Position numbers and translations under genes: made by a program
In this document: positions 7,683-16,067 of the stretch, piece by piece
Position numbering within the stretch: the first letter of the stretch is position 1
How the letters are laid out: each line of letters begins with the position of its first letter
IMG/VR virus record: IMGVR_UViG_3300033518_000151
DNA length: 38,285 bases
Strand: one strand, 5' to 3'
Origin: a virus
The notes under the pieces: generated by a model
Told to the model about the DNA's origin: nothing
Databases searched by the model: none
Seen by the model: only the letters and a program-made list of their open reading frames with translations

Positions 7683-8153
7683 ATGCCTAGCAATAAAGTA
7701 TGCTTCAAGTGTAAGCAAGAGAAAAGACTAGACAATTATTATAAACATAATGAAATGAAGGATGGGCATCTTAATAAGTGTAAGTCTTGTTGTAAAGTAC
7801 CTCACACTGAAGAAAGAAGAATTTATGATCTTAATAGACAAAGATATCAACCTAAGAGAATATTTTTAATTAGATATCTTTCTATTAAAAGAAGATGTTT
7901 AAAAGGTGGAAGTAATAATAGAAGATACTCTGTAACAGGTAAATCTTATCTATCAAAAGAAGAGTTCTTTGATTTTTGTAACTCAAAAGAAAACTACTCT
8001 AAGTTTATTAGGTTGCAGAATAAATATATAAAAAGTAACTTTCAAAAAAAGTATGCTCCGAGTATAGATAGAATAGATAATACTAAAGGTTATATTAAAG
8101 GTAACATTCAGTGGTTAACACTATCACAAAACACTAAAAAATATACAAAGTAA
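7683..8153 (+). CDS. HNH homing endonuclease.
   Basis: Cys-rich N-terminus (CFKCKQEK...CKSCC) and the HNH_3-type motif SIDRIDNTKGYIKGNIQWLTLSQN. Confidence 0.65.
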   Translation: MPSNKVCFKCKQEKRLDNYYKHNEMKDGHLNKCKSCCKVPHTEERRIYDLNRQRYQPKRIFLIRYLSIKRRCLKGGSNNRRYSVTGKSYLSKEEFFDFCNSKENYSKFIRLQNKYIKSNFQKKYAPSIDRIDNTKGYIKGNIQWLTLSQNTKKYTK

Positions 8154-8154
8154 T

Positions 8155-8601
8155 ATGACTTTAAATAAAATTATTTACCTAGTGCATGACATCTTAGCAG
8201 ATGATGAAGAAGCAAGAAATAATGATGCTCGTCTGATGTGTCTGGTCTGGCTCAACTTACATCCTTCATGTATAAGATCAATAGAGATAAAAGGAGAGAC
8301 ACGACCAAAGCAAGGTGTAACTCTCAAAGACATTGTTGAAGTCCTTGAGAACTCTGAGACAATCAGAAGGACAAGACAGAAGCTTCAGAATGATTTAGGG
8401 CTTTATCCTCCTACACTCATCAAAGTTATAAAGGGGAGAAGGTTCAAAGAAATGCAAATCAGAGAATGGGTAAATAATAAATTTACTAAGGAACAGACAA
8501 AAGCAATTCTTGAAGTCTACATGTTAGCTAAGAATAAAAGTAAGGTCGATATAGAAAAAGTTAAGAGAGATGTAAAAGCAAAATATCACTTAGAGCTATG
8601 A
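8155..8601 (+). CDS. Hypothetical protein.
   Basis: 148-aa ORF. It ends in TGA (8599-8601), which forms an ATGA overlap with the next gene and is immediately followed by an in-frame TAA. Confidence 0.6.
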   Translation: MTLNKIIYLVHDILADDEEARNNDARLMCLVWLNLHPSCIRSIEIKGETRPKQGVTLKDIVEVLENSETIRRTRQKLQNDLGLYPPTLIKVIKGRRFKEMQIREWVNNKFTKEQTKAILEVYMLAKNKSKVDIEKVKRDVKAKYHLEL

Positions 8602-9191
8602 TAACAAAAAATCAAACAAAGTCGCTCTTCTACCTAGACAGAGATTCAGACGTTAACAGTTTAGTAAGTGAAATTCTAAGAGTGAAGCGATCTGAAATTC
8701 TAGTCTTTTTACAGAGACAGCATGACAGGTTGCAAGAGAAAGACGCAGGAGAATATTTCACTGTTGAAGATGTGTTAAAGCTTAAAGAGGGAGAGCTTGA
8801 AAATATGCAGAGGTTCTTCAGGGGGGCAGTTGTTCCTTACTATGTCAGACAGAAGTTTAATATCTGGTCCGACACAATAGATTCAGAATCAATTGAAAGA
8901 GGAACAAACGAGATTAAGAAGATGGTAGGTTTTTTGAAATACGACCATACAGGACACATAACTCAAGAAGTAAATTCGATGGTTACTTTTGAAAGAGTAA
9001 AAGACCTTAATGAATTCTTGGCGATGGTTGAAAATGTCTGTTTCAATGATGAAGGGCTTATCTTTCCTAACTCAGAAGACTTTAAAAAAGTTGAGAAAGA
9101 GAAAGGTAGAGATTCAGCTCAGAGACAAATGATTGGTGAGCTTCACGAGAAGGTCAAGAATCAACACTACAAACGTGAGATTTTAGATTAA
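8598..9191 (+). CDS. Hypothetical protein.
   Basis: 197-aa ORF with an ATGA overlap to the upstream gene. Confidence 0.6.
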   Translation: MITKNQTKSLFYLDRDSDVNSLVSEILRVKRSEILVFLQRQHDRLQEKDAGEYFTVEDVLKLKEGELENMQRFFRGAVVPYYVRQKFNIWSDTIDSESIERGTNEIKKMVGFLKYDHTGHITQEVNSMVTFERVKDLNEFLAMVENVCFNDEGLIFPNSEDFKKVEKEKGRDSAQRQMIGELHEKVKNQHYKREILD

Positions 9192-9196
9192 AATTT

Positions 9197-9805
9197 ATGG
9201 CAAAAAAAGACACAACAAAAAAAGAAGTATCAAACGTAAAAGCTCCTAAGATTAAGAAAGAAGTTAAGGTTGATACTAAAGCTCACAATGAGAAGGTAAC
9301 AAAAGAGCTAGGTGAGATAGTAGACAACGCAAGAAAAGAACTCTTAGACTTAGATGAGAAGATTCTCATAACAGCAAAGTTCTCTCTTAGTGAAATTACA
9401 ATGAAGGCAGATGGTAGATGGAAGATTAAAATGCTAGTTCACAAGCAACTTCCTAAAGGAGATCATGACTATTCAGTAAAGCTTGAGTTTGATGATGAGC
9501 CTTTCTTAAAGACAATTAAGCAGCTTGAAAAAGACATCGCTGAAGTTGAAGCAAATCCTACACTATTGCAAAGTATTGATAACGACAAAATCAATCGTCT
9601 TAACAGAAGAATTGATGAGACTCAGAGAGAAATGCTTAAGAACAAAAAAGAGTGTCCTGATATTGAGTTCGTAGCTCAGACAGAGCAAATCAAGTGGACA
9701 GCTGACACATCTCTAGTCTTTAAGGTTCTTGATACAGTTATCGAGCCACTCAATAAGCAAAGATTCCGATTGTCTGAATATCGTGTCGTATTAGAAACAA
9801 TTTAA
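9197..9805 (+). CDS. Hypothetical Lys/Glu-rich protein.
   Basis: 202-aa ORF in the aaatttATGG start context shared with several other genes. Confidence 0.6.
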   Translation: MAKKDTTKKEVSNVKAPKIKKEVKVDTKAHNEKVTKELGEIVDNARKELLDLDEKILITAKFSLSEITMKADGRWKIKMLVHKQLPKGDHDYSVKLEFDDEPFLKTIKQLEKDIAEVEANPTLLQSIDNDKINRLNRRIDETQREMLKNKKECPDIEFVAQTEQIKWTADTSLVFKVLDTVIEPLNKQRFRLSEYRVVLETI

Positions 9806-9814
9806 TTAACTCTT

Positions 9815-10066
9815 ATGAATATCCTTAATTTTTTTAGAAAGCCATCAATCACAGCAAAGCTTGTTAACGGAGGAAAGCAAGTTAAAGTGAATCTTGTAAA
9901 TACTACAAGTGAGAATGTAATGACAATGTTATTCCTAATGACAAAGCAAGTAGCTAAGATGATGAACATGGAACACAGACAAATCTTAAACGGACTCAAG
10001 GACATTGATACTCAAATGCACAAGACAATCAAGAAAGCCGAAAGAGTTGCAAAATACGGGAAGTAG
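9815..10066 (+). CDS. Hypothetical small protein.
   Basis: 83-aa ORF, co-directional and tightly packed. Confidence 0.5.
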   Translation: MNILNFFRKPSITAKLVNGGKQVKVNLVNTTSENVMTMLFLMTKQVAKMMNMEHRQILNGLKDIDTQMHKTIKKAERVAKYGK

Positions 10067-10086
10067 TTACTTAATAAATAGACTTG

Positions 10087-10101
10087 TGGTATAATGTAAG
10101 A
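10087..10101 (+). promoter_or_regulatory. Extended -10 promoter (TGgTATAAT) 6 nt upstream of the ATG; predicts a leaderless transcript.
   Basis: tg(10087-10088) g tataat(10090-10095), N6, ATG at 10102. Confidence 0.55.
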
Positions 10102-10557
10102 ATGAACAAAAAAGGAAAAGAAAATAGTAATTATAGGCACGGACATAATTCAAAAACCTTAATCTCACCAACGTATATTAGTTGGAGTGCAATGAAGAAC
10201 AGATGTAAATGCAACCATCCTAGTCAAATAAGATACAAAAAAATAAAAGTTTGTAAACAGTGGGAATTGTTTGAGAACTTCTTAAAAGATATGGGTGAGA
10301 GACCTTCAGGGATGACACTTGATAGAATCAATCCATTAGGGAATTATGAACCAGAAAATTGTCGGTGGGATACACGTTCACAGCAACAACAAAATACTAT
10401 CCGTGCATCAAAAATTGTATTCAATGGTGCTACTAAACACATTGAGGAATGGGCAACATTAATTGGAGTTTCATCACAAGTCTTACGCAGGAGAATTCAG
10501 AGAGGGTGGACAATAGAACGAACCTTACAACAAAAGAAAAGAAAATATGGAATATAA
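10102..10557 (+). CDS. HNH homing endonuclease with a C-terminal HTH.
   Basis: The ATG at 10102 is preferred to the track's TTG at 10084. Motif TLDRINPLGNYEPENCRWDTRSQQQQN, and a C-terminal HIEEWATLIGVSSQVLRRRIQRGW. Confidence 0.6.
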   Translation: MNKKGKENSNYRHGHNSKTLISPTYISWSAMKNRCKCNHPSQIRYKKIKVCKQWELFENFLKDMGERPSGMTLDRINPLGNYEPENCRWDTRSQQQQNTIRASKIVFNGATKHIEEWATLIGVSSQVLRRRIQRGWTIERTLQQKKRKYGI

Positions 10558-11743
10558 ATTAAGGCATTATCAAAAGGAAGCAGTAACAAAAGCAGTAGAG
10601 TTTTTTCTAGCAGAAAGAAGTAAGACAAGACCTATATTAGTGATGCCGACTGGAAGTGGTAAGAGTTTAGTAATCGCAGACATCACAAGACAGCTTCAAG
10701 ATGAAGTGCTTATCTTACAACCATCACTTGAACTCTTAGAGCAAAACTATAAGAAGTATCAAGCTGTATGTGAAGAGTATCCTGAACTTGTTAAGGCAAG
10801 TATCTACTCAGCTTCAGTTGGAATAAAAGAAAAAGGACAACTGACTTTTGCAACTATAGGAAGTATCTACAAAAATCCTGAACTGTTTGCATCAACTCAA
10901 TATGTGATAGTTGATGAGTGTCAGAATGTACCGCCTAAAGATGATTCAATGTATGTTGAATTTCTCTCAAGGTTAACAGCAAAAGTATTAGGTCTTACAG
11001 CTACTCCTATCAGACTCAAGACTTACAACGACCCATTCACTTATAAGAAGTTCTCAAAGGTTAACTTGTTAATCAGAGAGCGACCTCAGTTCTTTAACAA
11101 ATTTGCTCATGTAACTCAAGTATCTCAGATGTATGAAGAAGGCTTTTTAGCTCCTATCAATTATGTTGAAATGCAGTTTGATGGAAGCTTCCTAAAAGTA
11201 AATTCAACAGGTGCAGAATATTCTGATTCATCTCTTAAGGAAGCTATTGAAAGAAATGAGATCATCAAAAAGATTCCTCTTATTCTTAAACAAGCTTATG
11301 AGAAAGGACAGCGCTCTTGCCTAGTCTTTGTTAGATCGGTAGAAGAAGCACGAGAACTTGCAGAGACAACACCTTTCTCAGCTTATATTCATGCTATGAC
11401 TCCTAAACCAGAAAGAGCAAATATAATAAAAGGCTTCAAGAGTGGAAGCATTAAAACACTCTTCAATGTTGCTGTACTAACTACAGGCTTTGACTATCCT
11501 GCTCTTGATACAATTATTCTTGCAAGACCAACAATGTCTTTGACTCTCTATACTCAGATTGTAGGTAGAGGAATGAGAATTGCTCCCGGTAAAACAAAGT
11601 GCACATTCATAGACATGTGTGATAACATCAAACGCTTTGGAAAGGTAGAAGAGCAGAGATATGAAGAAGATCCTAAGCTCGGATGGGTTCTAAGAAACAA
11701 TGAAAAGGTATTAAGTGGACGCAGGCTAGATGAATTGATTTAG
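10547..11743 (+). CDS. SF2 (DEAD/DExQ-box, ResIII-type) DNA helicase.
   Basis: LRHYQKEAV, Walker A MPTGSGKS, Walker B VDECQ, motif III LTATP, motif VI YTQIVGRGMR. Confidence 0.85.
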   Translation: MEYKLRHYQKEAVTKAVEFFLAERSKTRPILVMPTGSGKSLVIADITRQLQDEVLILQPSLELLEQNYKKYQAVCEEYPELVKASIYSASVGIKEKGQLTFATIGSIYKNPELFASTQYVIVDECQNVPPKDDSMYVEFLSRLTAKVLGLTATPIRLKTYNDPFTYKKFSKVNLLIRERPQFFNKFAHVTQVSQMYEEGFLAPINYVEMQFDGSFLKVNSTGAEYSDSSLKEAIERNEIIKKIPLILKQAYEKGQRSCLVFVRSVEEARELAETTPFSAYIHAMTPKPERANIIKGFKSGSIKTLFNVAVLTTGFDYPALDTIILARPTMSLTLYTQIVGRGMRIAPGKTKCTFIDMCDNIKRFGKVEEQRYEEDPKLGWVLRNNEKVLSGRRLDELI

Positions 11744-11746
11744 TCT

Positions 11747-11756
11747 GTGGTATTAT
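11747..11756 (+). promoter_or_regulatory. Extended -10-like element (gTGgTATTAT) upstream of the acidic-protein gene.
   Basis: gtggtattat at 11747-11756. The 41-nt leader contains ttattaagcaaaa, related to the TAAGCAAT box. Confidence 0.4.
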
Positions 11757-11797
11757 TAAAGTGTACTTATTAAGCAAAAAAATTAACATAAAATTTT

Positions 11798-12085
11798 ATG
11801 GAAGACAATTCAATCAAGTATGAGGTTATCAGTAAAGCAACTCAGGAATGTACACCAGTAGATGGTCTTACATTCGGAGATGGTTACATCGAAGCTACAA
11901 CAGCAATCGGAGTTATTCGTTTTGAGAATCCTAACAAGGATGGTAACAACGAAAATGAAGAATACTTTATGCGTGAGATCGGAACTCATGCACAGCCAGA
12001 CGGAACTGGAACAGTAGAAGTTGTTGATGGTGAAGTTAAGGAAGTTGAAGGTGGTGCAGTTGTAGCTGATGAAGCAACAGCCTAA
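11798..12085 (+). CDS. Small, strongly acidic protein (DNA-mimic / anti-restriction candidate).
   Basis: 95 aa with roughly 22 Asp/Glu against about 7 Lys/Arg by my count. It has its own promoter-like element and terminator. Confidence 0.55.
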   Translation: MEDNSIKYEVISKATQECTPVDGLTFGDGYIEATTAIGVIRFENPNKDGNNENEEYFMREIGTHAQPDGTGTVEVVDGEVKEVEGGAVVADEATA

Positions 12086-12127
12086 CTAAAATTCAAACCA
12101 GAGAATCTCAAACAATCTTGTAAAAAA

Positions 12128-12152
12128 GTCTAGTTATAAACTAGGCTTTTTT
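12128..12152 (+). terminator. Rho-independent terminator.
   Basis: Stem gtctagtt/aactaggc (8 bp including one G-U), 3-nt loop, T6 tail, and an A-run upstream. Confidence 0.65.
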
Positions 12153-12177
12153 ATTTTATATGCGATAATTGAAACAG

Positions 12178-12270
12178 CCGAAAGGTCAACTGGTGCTTTG
12201 TAACCTATCACTATAAACTTGCTCACCAGTGGGGGCGTGGTGGTAGGTTACAGAGAAATACTAACTTCGG
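12178..12270 (+). promoter_or_regulatory. Structured RNA/DNA element with pseudoknot topology in the ninG leader.
   Basis: 13-bp helix 12199-12211 / 12240-12252 (one G-U). Its loop carries caccagt (12224-12230), complementary to actggtg (12189-12195). An outer pairing ccgaa (12178-12182) / ttcgg (12266-12270) encloses both. Confidence 0.35.
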
Positions 12271-12296
12271 TTTTAAAAAGTAGTTATTTAAAACAA

Positions 12297-12827
12297 ATGA
12301 AAAGGACAGGATTTAAAAGACCGACCTATGCTGAAATGATTGAGAAGCAAAAAGTCGCAAGAGAAAAGAAAGCTTCCAAGCCTAAGGCAAAAAGAGTCGT
12401 AAAACATCCAACAGTGATGGGGATTAAGTCAACACGCTATACAGGACTTAAGGGGGTTCTATGGGCAATATTTTCACAATACACACGAAAGAGAGACTTT
12501 ATCAAGTATGAAGGAAAGTGTGTGTCTTGCCCTGCTATCCTAGAAGACTGGAAACAAGGGGATGCAGGCCATTATATCTCAGTAACTCGTGGGAACTTCA
12601 AAACTCTCTTTGATGAGAGAAACGTGCATCTTCAGTGTAAGCGCTGTAACAACCCAGAATGGACCCCAGATGCTTCAATTCCTTTCAGCTATGAGTTAGA
12701 TCGTAGATGTGGAAAAGGAACAGCTGACAAGCTTTATAAAGAGAGTCAGCAATATGCAGGCAGTTACTCAGAGCTTGAATATATGAGAGCGATAGAGCAT
12801 TATAAAAATAAATTTGATACACTTTAA
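12297..12827 (+). CDS. ninG: NinG/Rap-family recombination endonuclease.
   Basis: The ATG at 12297 is preferred to the track's TTG at 12219. Motif CVSCPAILEDWKQGDAGHYISVTRGN...NVHLQCKRCN fits the NinG pattern. Confidence 0.6.
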   Translation: MKRTGFKRPTYAEMIEKQKVAREKKASKPKAKRVVKHPTVMGIKSTRYTGLKGVLWAIFSQYTRKRDFIKYEGKCVSCPAILEDWKQGDAGHYISVTRGNFKTLFDERNVHLQCKRCNNPEWTPDASIPFSYELDRRCGKGTADKLYKESQQYAGSYSELEYMRAIEHYKNKFDTL

Positions 12828-12829
12828 TT

Positions 12830-13366
12830 ATGAAAAAAATAATAGTAGAAAATCCGGCAAATCTTCCACTCATTCCATGGGCAATTCTTAAGGCTCAGTA
12901 TGAGCCAAACGCTCTGAAGAAAAAAGAGAATAGAGATGTTAGCGATCTTAAGGCTTCAATCTTAACAGTAGGCTTCACAATTCCTATGTTTATCTGGGAA
13001 GAAGGAAAGTATATTGCAGATGGTGCAGGTCGTTTTATTGCTCTTGATATGCTCGAATATGAAGGTTATGAGATACCAGACATCCCTTATATTCCACTTA
13101 AGGCAAAGAATAGAGCTGAAGCAAAACGCTTAACCCTCATCATCTCTTCTCAGTATGGTCTTATGACTCCTGATAGTGTTGGAGAGTTTACCTTAGACAT
13201 GAAAGAAATAGACCTTTCATTTATCAACCTTGAAGGTTATAACCTTGAAGAGATAGACTGGAAGCCACCTGTATCAAAAGAGATCGATATGGATAAGATG
13301 AAAGCAGAAGGTGCTACAAAGATGAAGCACACTTGTCCTAAATGTTCGTTCGAGTGGACATCATAA
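12830..13366 (+). CDS. ParB-like nuclease-domain protein with a C-terminal zinc ribbon.
   Basis: ParBc-like motifs (DLKASILTVGFTIPMFIW..GKYIADGAGRFIAL) and a C-terminal HTCPKCSFEW. Adjacent to the methyltransferase gene. Confidence 0.55.
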   Translation: MKKIIVENPANLPLIPWAILKAQYEPNALKKKENRDVSDLKASILTVGFTIPMFIWEEGKYIADGAGRFIALDMLEYEGYEIPDIPYIPLKAKNRAEAKRLTLIISSQYGLMTPDSVGEFTLDMKEIDLSFINLEGYNLEEIDWKPPVSKEIDMDKMKAEGATKMKHTCPKCSFEWTS

Positions 13367-13368
13367 TC

Positions 13369-14412
13369 ATGAAAGCAATTTGGAACAAGGCTACAGATTA
13401 TCCAACAACCAAGAATGGCTTTAAAGTCTATTCTTGTTTTGCTTGTGGTGGTGGAAGTACCATGGGGTATAAGCTCGCAGGTTATACAGTGATAGGAGCT
13501 AATGACATCGACCCAGAAATGGCGAAAATATACCAAGCAAATCACAACCCTAAGTTCTATCACTTGATGGATATTCGTTCACTCGTTCAACAAGAGAATT
13601 TGCCTGTAGAAATGTACAACCTAGATATTCTTGATGGCTCACCTCCTTGTTCATCTTTCTCAATGTCAGGAAGTCGTGAAGAAAAGTGGGGAGAGAAAAA
13701 GAAGTTTAGAGAGGGACAAGCAGAGCAGACACTTGATGATCTCTTTTTTGATTTCATTGATCTAGCTAAAAAGTTACAACCTAAAATTGTTGTTGCTGAA
13801 AATGTTAAAGGTCTTATTGCAGGAAACGCTAAGAGATATGTTATAGCAATCAATGAAGCTTTTGATAAGGCTGGCTATGATGCTCAGTTATTCCTTCTCA
13901 ATGGTTCTAACATGGGTGTTCCTCAGAGAAGAGAAAGAGTGTTTTTCATTGCAAGAAGAAAAGATTTAAACTTGCCTAAACTAACACTTTCATTTAATGA
14001 GAAGCCTGTATTTTTTGGAGACATCAGAACAGATAAAGGAATCTCTAACCCGATGAATCCTGATACAAAAATGTTTGCAATGTGGAGTCATAGAATCAAG
14101 AGTGATTCTAACTTTGCTGCTATAGCAAAGAGACTTTATAACAAGGCTAGTTACTTCAGTGAAACAATTTTGCATGATGATAAAATTCCACCTACTCTTG
14201 TAAGTGGTTCTGCTTACTATCTCTATGACAAAGCTTTTCAAGTATCAAGTAATGATCTAATTTCTATTCAGTCATTCCCTCAAGATTACGACTTCATTAA
14301 GACTTCTTACAACTTTATTAAGTATGTTTTAGGAATGTCTGTACCGCCGGTCATGTGTGGTAAGGTTGCAGAACAAATAGACATTCAGTTATTATCAAAA
14401 TTATATAAATAA
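13369..14412 (+). CDS. DNA (cytosine-5) methyltransferase.
   Basis: The ATG at 13369 is preferred. Motif I FACGGGSTMGY, motif IV GSPPCSSFS, motif VI ENVKG, motif VIII QRRERVFFI, motif X GMSVPP. Confidence 0.85.
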   Translation: MKAIWNKATDYPTTKNGFKVYSCFACGGGSTMGYKLAGYTVIGANDIDPEMAKIYQANHNPKFYHLMDIRSLVQQENLPVEMYNLDILDGSPPCSSFSMSGSREEKWGEKKKFREGQAEQTLDDLFFDFIDLAKKLQPKIVVAENVKGLIAGNAKRYVIAINEAFDKAGYDAQLFLLNGSNMGVPQRRERVFFIARRKDLNLPKLTLSFNEKPVFFGDIRTDKGISNPMNPDTKMFAMWSHRIKSDSNFAAIAKRLYNKASYFSETILHDDKIPPTLVSGSAYYLYDKAFQVSSNDLISIQSFPQDYDFIKTSYNFIKYVLGMSVPPVMCGKVAEQIDIQLLSKLYK

Positions 14413-14415
14413 TAG

Positions 14416-14427
14416 TATACTCAACTA
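14416..14427 (+). promoter_or_regulatory. -10-like element (TATACT) 6 nt upstream of the ATG (no TG extension).
   Basis: tatact(14416-14421), N6, ATG at 14428. Confidence 0.35.
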
Positions 14428-14931
14428 ATGACTTTTAAAGATATTAAAGGGTATGAGGGACTTTATAAAATAAGTGATACAGGAATAGTTTTTGCTTGTG
14501 AGAAGAAAACAATGATGCCTAATGGTGGATTCTTTTTAAGAAAAGAAAACTATCCTAGTTGTTTTACAAATCATAAAGGATATTTAAAGGTAAATTTAAC
14601 TTCTAAGAATAGAGTTAGAAAAGGGCACTTCATTCATCGTCTTGTTGGATTTGCTTTTATAGAAAATAATGATGTTACTAGAGATCAGATAAACCACAAA
14701 GATAAAAACAAGAAAAATAATTGTGTATCAAATCTTGAATGGGTAACTAACCAAGAAAACTCAATCCATAAATTTGATAAAACAAAAACATCATCTAAAT
14801 TTTACGGAGTATGTAAGAAGAGAAATAGCTATCAGGCAGGGATTTGTAGAAACGGAAAATACATTTATTTAGGCTCTTTTAAGACAGATGAAGAAGCAGG
14901 AAAAGCAGTAAAAAACTATTGTAATATATAG
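14428..14931 (+). CDS. HNH homing endonuclease (NUMOD4 + HNH_3 + AP2 domains).
   Basis: FKDIKGYEGLYKISDTGIVF (NUMOD4-like), HRLVGFAF...QINHKDKNKKNNCVSNLEWVTNQEN (HNH), and YGVCKKRNSYQAGICRNGKYIYLGSFKTDEEAGKA (AP2-like). Confidence 0.75.
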   Translation: MTFKDIKGYEGLYKISDTGIVFACEKKTMMPNGGFFLRKENYPSCFTNHKGYLKVNLTSKNRVRKGHFIHRLVGFAFIENNDVTRDQINHKDKNKKNNCVSNLEWVTNQENSIHKFDKTKTSSKFYGVCKKRNSYQAGICRNGKYIYLGSFKTDEEAGKAVKNYCNI

Positions 14932-14939
14932 CTTAAAAA

Positions 14940-15017
14940 GTTTCGCACAGCTTTACACTTTACTTTTTATCTGTAGCGCAGTAGTATTAAGATATTACAG
15001 AAGTAATAAGCAATACT
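14940..15017 (+). promoter_or_regulatory. Early promoter/leader cassette, copy 4.
   Basis: gtttcgcacag(14940-14950), tttact-N17-tagtat, leader agaagtaataagcaat, ATGACAAAC at 15018. Confidence 0.5.
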
Positions 15018-15281
15018 ATGACAAACACAAATACAAATTTAAAGACAGTTTTTAGTAACGATCTTTGTTCAATCACTCTCAGAAAAGATAACACTTTTTA
15101 CGGAGCAGATAAAACAGACTTCTACAATGAGCCTAGAATGTACACAGAAAATACACGTTCATTCAAGAAGGGATTAGCTCTATTAGAAAAGAATTTTTCA
15201 GACTCAACAACAATGTATCAAGTAGCAAGAATGCTTGATGAAGTAGGTCTTAAGGCTCACACATACTGTGCTGTAAACTAA
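15018..15281 (+). CDS. Hypothetical protein.
   Basis: 87-aa ORF behind early cassette 4. Confidence 0.55.
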   Translation: MTNTNTNLKTVFSNDLCSITLRKDNTFYGADKTDFYNEPRMYTENTRSFKKGLALLEKNFSDSTTMYQVARMLDEVGLKAHTYCAVN

Positions 15282-15282
15282 T

Positions 15283-15447
15283 ATGAAAACACTCATTCAC
15301 TTCTTTCTTAATATGTTGATGATTGTGCTGACAGTCGATGCTATCGGCTTTGTGTTGTGGAGTGTCTCAGGACAAACTCCAATTGATGGGTTCTTCATAG
15401 GTGCTATTACTAAAAACATTATCAGCTTAATTACTTCACTCTTCTAA
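15283..15447 (+). CDS. Small membrane protein (two hydrophobic segments).
   Basis: Hand-translated 54 aa: MKTLIHFFLNMLMIVLTVDAIGFVLWSVSGQTPIDGFFIGAITKNIISLITSLF. Below the track cutoff; abuts its neighbours. Confidence 0.5.
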   Translation: MKTLIHFFLNMLMIVLTVDAIGFVLWSVSGQTPIDGFFIGAITKNIISLITSLF

Positions 15448-15448
15448 T

Positions 15449-15565
15449 ATGGACCAAGCTTTAATTGACCTTAAGACAATGCCTTATAGAAATATAATGC
15501 AGAAGTTAAGCAAGAAAGCAGAGAAAGACGGGGTTATTATTACTTACATGATTAGATTAAAATAG
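15449..15565 (+). CDS. Hypothetical micro-protein (38 aa).
   Basis: Hand-translated MDQALIDLKTMPYRNIMQKLSKKAEKDGVIITYMIRLK. It fills the gap between neighbouring genes exactly. Confidence 0.35.
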   Translation: MDQALIDLKTMPYRNIMQKLSKKAEKDGVIITYMIRLK

Positions 15566-15566
15566 T

Positions 15567-15686
15567 ATGGATATTTGTACTCACTGCAAAGCATACTCAA
15601 TCCACTTCATTGATGGGGAACAAAAGAAGTGTGAATTGTGTAAAAAAGTTACAGCAATATTTATTAACGGACAATGGGAAAGAATA
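15567..15686 (+). CDS. Zinc-ribbon micro-protein (39 aa; CxxC-N13-CxxC).
   Basis: Hand-translated MDICTHCKAYSIHFIDGEQKKCELCKKVTAILLTDNGKE. Confidence 0.4.
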
Positions 15687-15707
15687 GTCTTACCTGATTA
15701 AAAATAT

Positions 15708-16025
15708 ATGGATGATGATAAAATTTTAGCAAGGGGAGGTGATGAGACAGACATCAGTAATTACTCAAAGCAGAATGGAGCTGATCTAACTGAAGGTGAT
15801 GTTTGGAATGATGTAAAAAGAATGTCTAAGATTAAGAGAGCTAAGAATGAAGAAAGCAGCTTAAAAATTTTAGATGAAAAAGGTATAGGATATACAATTC
15901 TCAATCTTGAGTGTAGACACTATAGGGTGTGTAGCTTTGATTTCTGGCCATCTACTGGAAAATTTTACAATCAGAAAACAGGAGAGAAAGGGAGAGGGGT
16001 TTTTAATTTAATAAAACTGTTGTAA
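15708..16025 (+). CDS. Hypothetical protein.
   Basis: 105-aa ORF. Confidence 0.55.
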   Translation: MDDDKILARGGDETDISNYSKQNGADLTEGDVWNDVKRMSKIKRAKNEESSLKILDEKGIGYTILNLECRHYRVCSFDFWPSTGKFYNQKTGEKGRGVFNLIKLL

Positions 16026-16067
16026 TTCACTTGTGTTATTTTTCTCTAGTGAGATACTTGAAATAGA

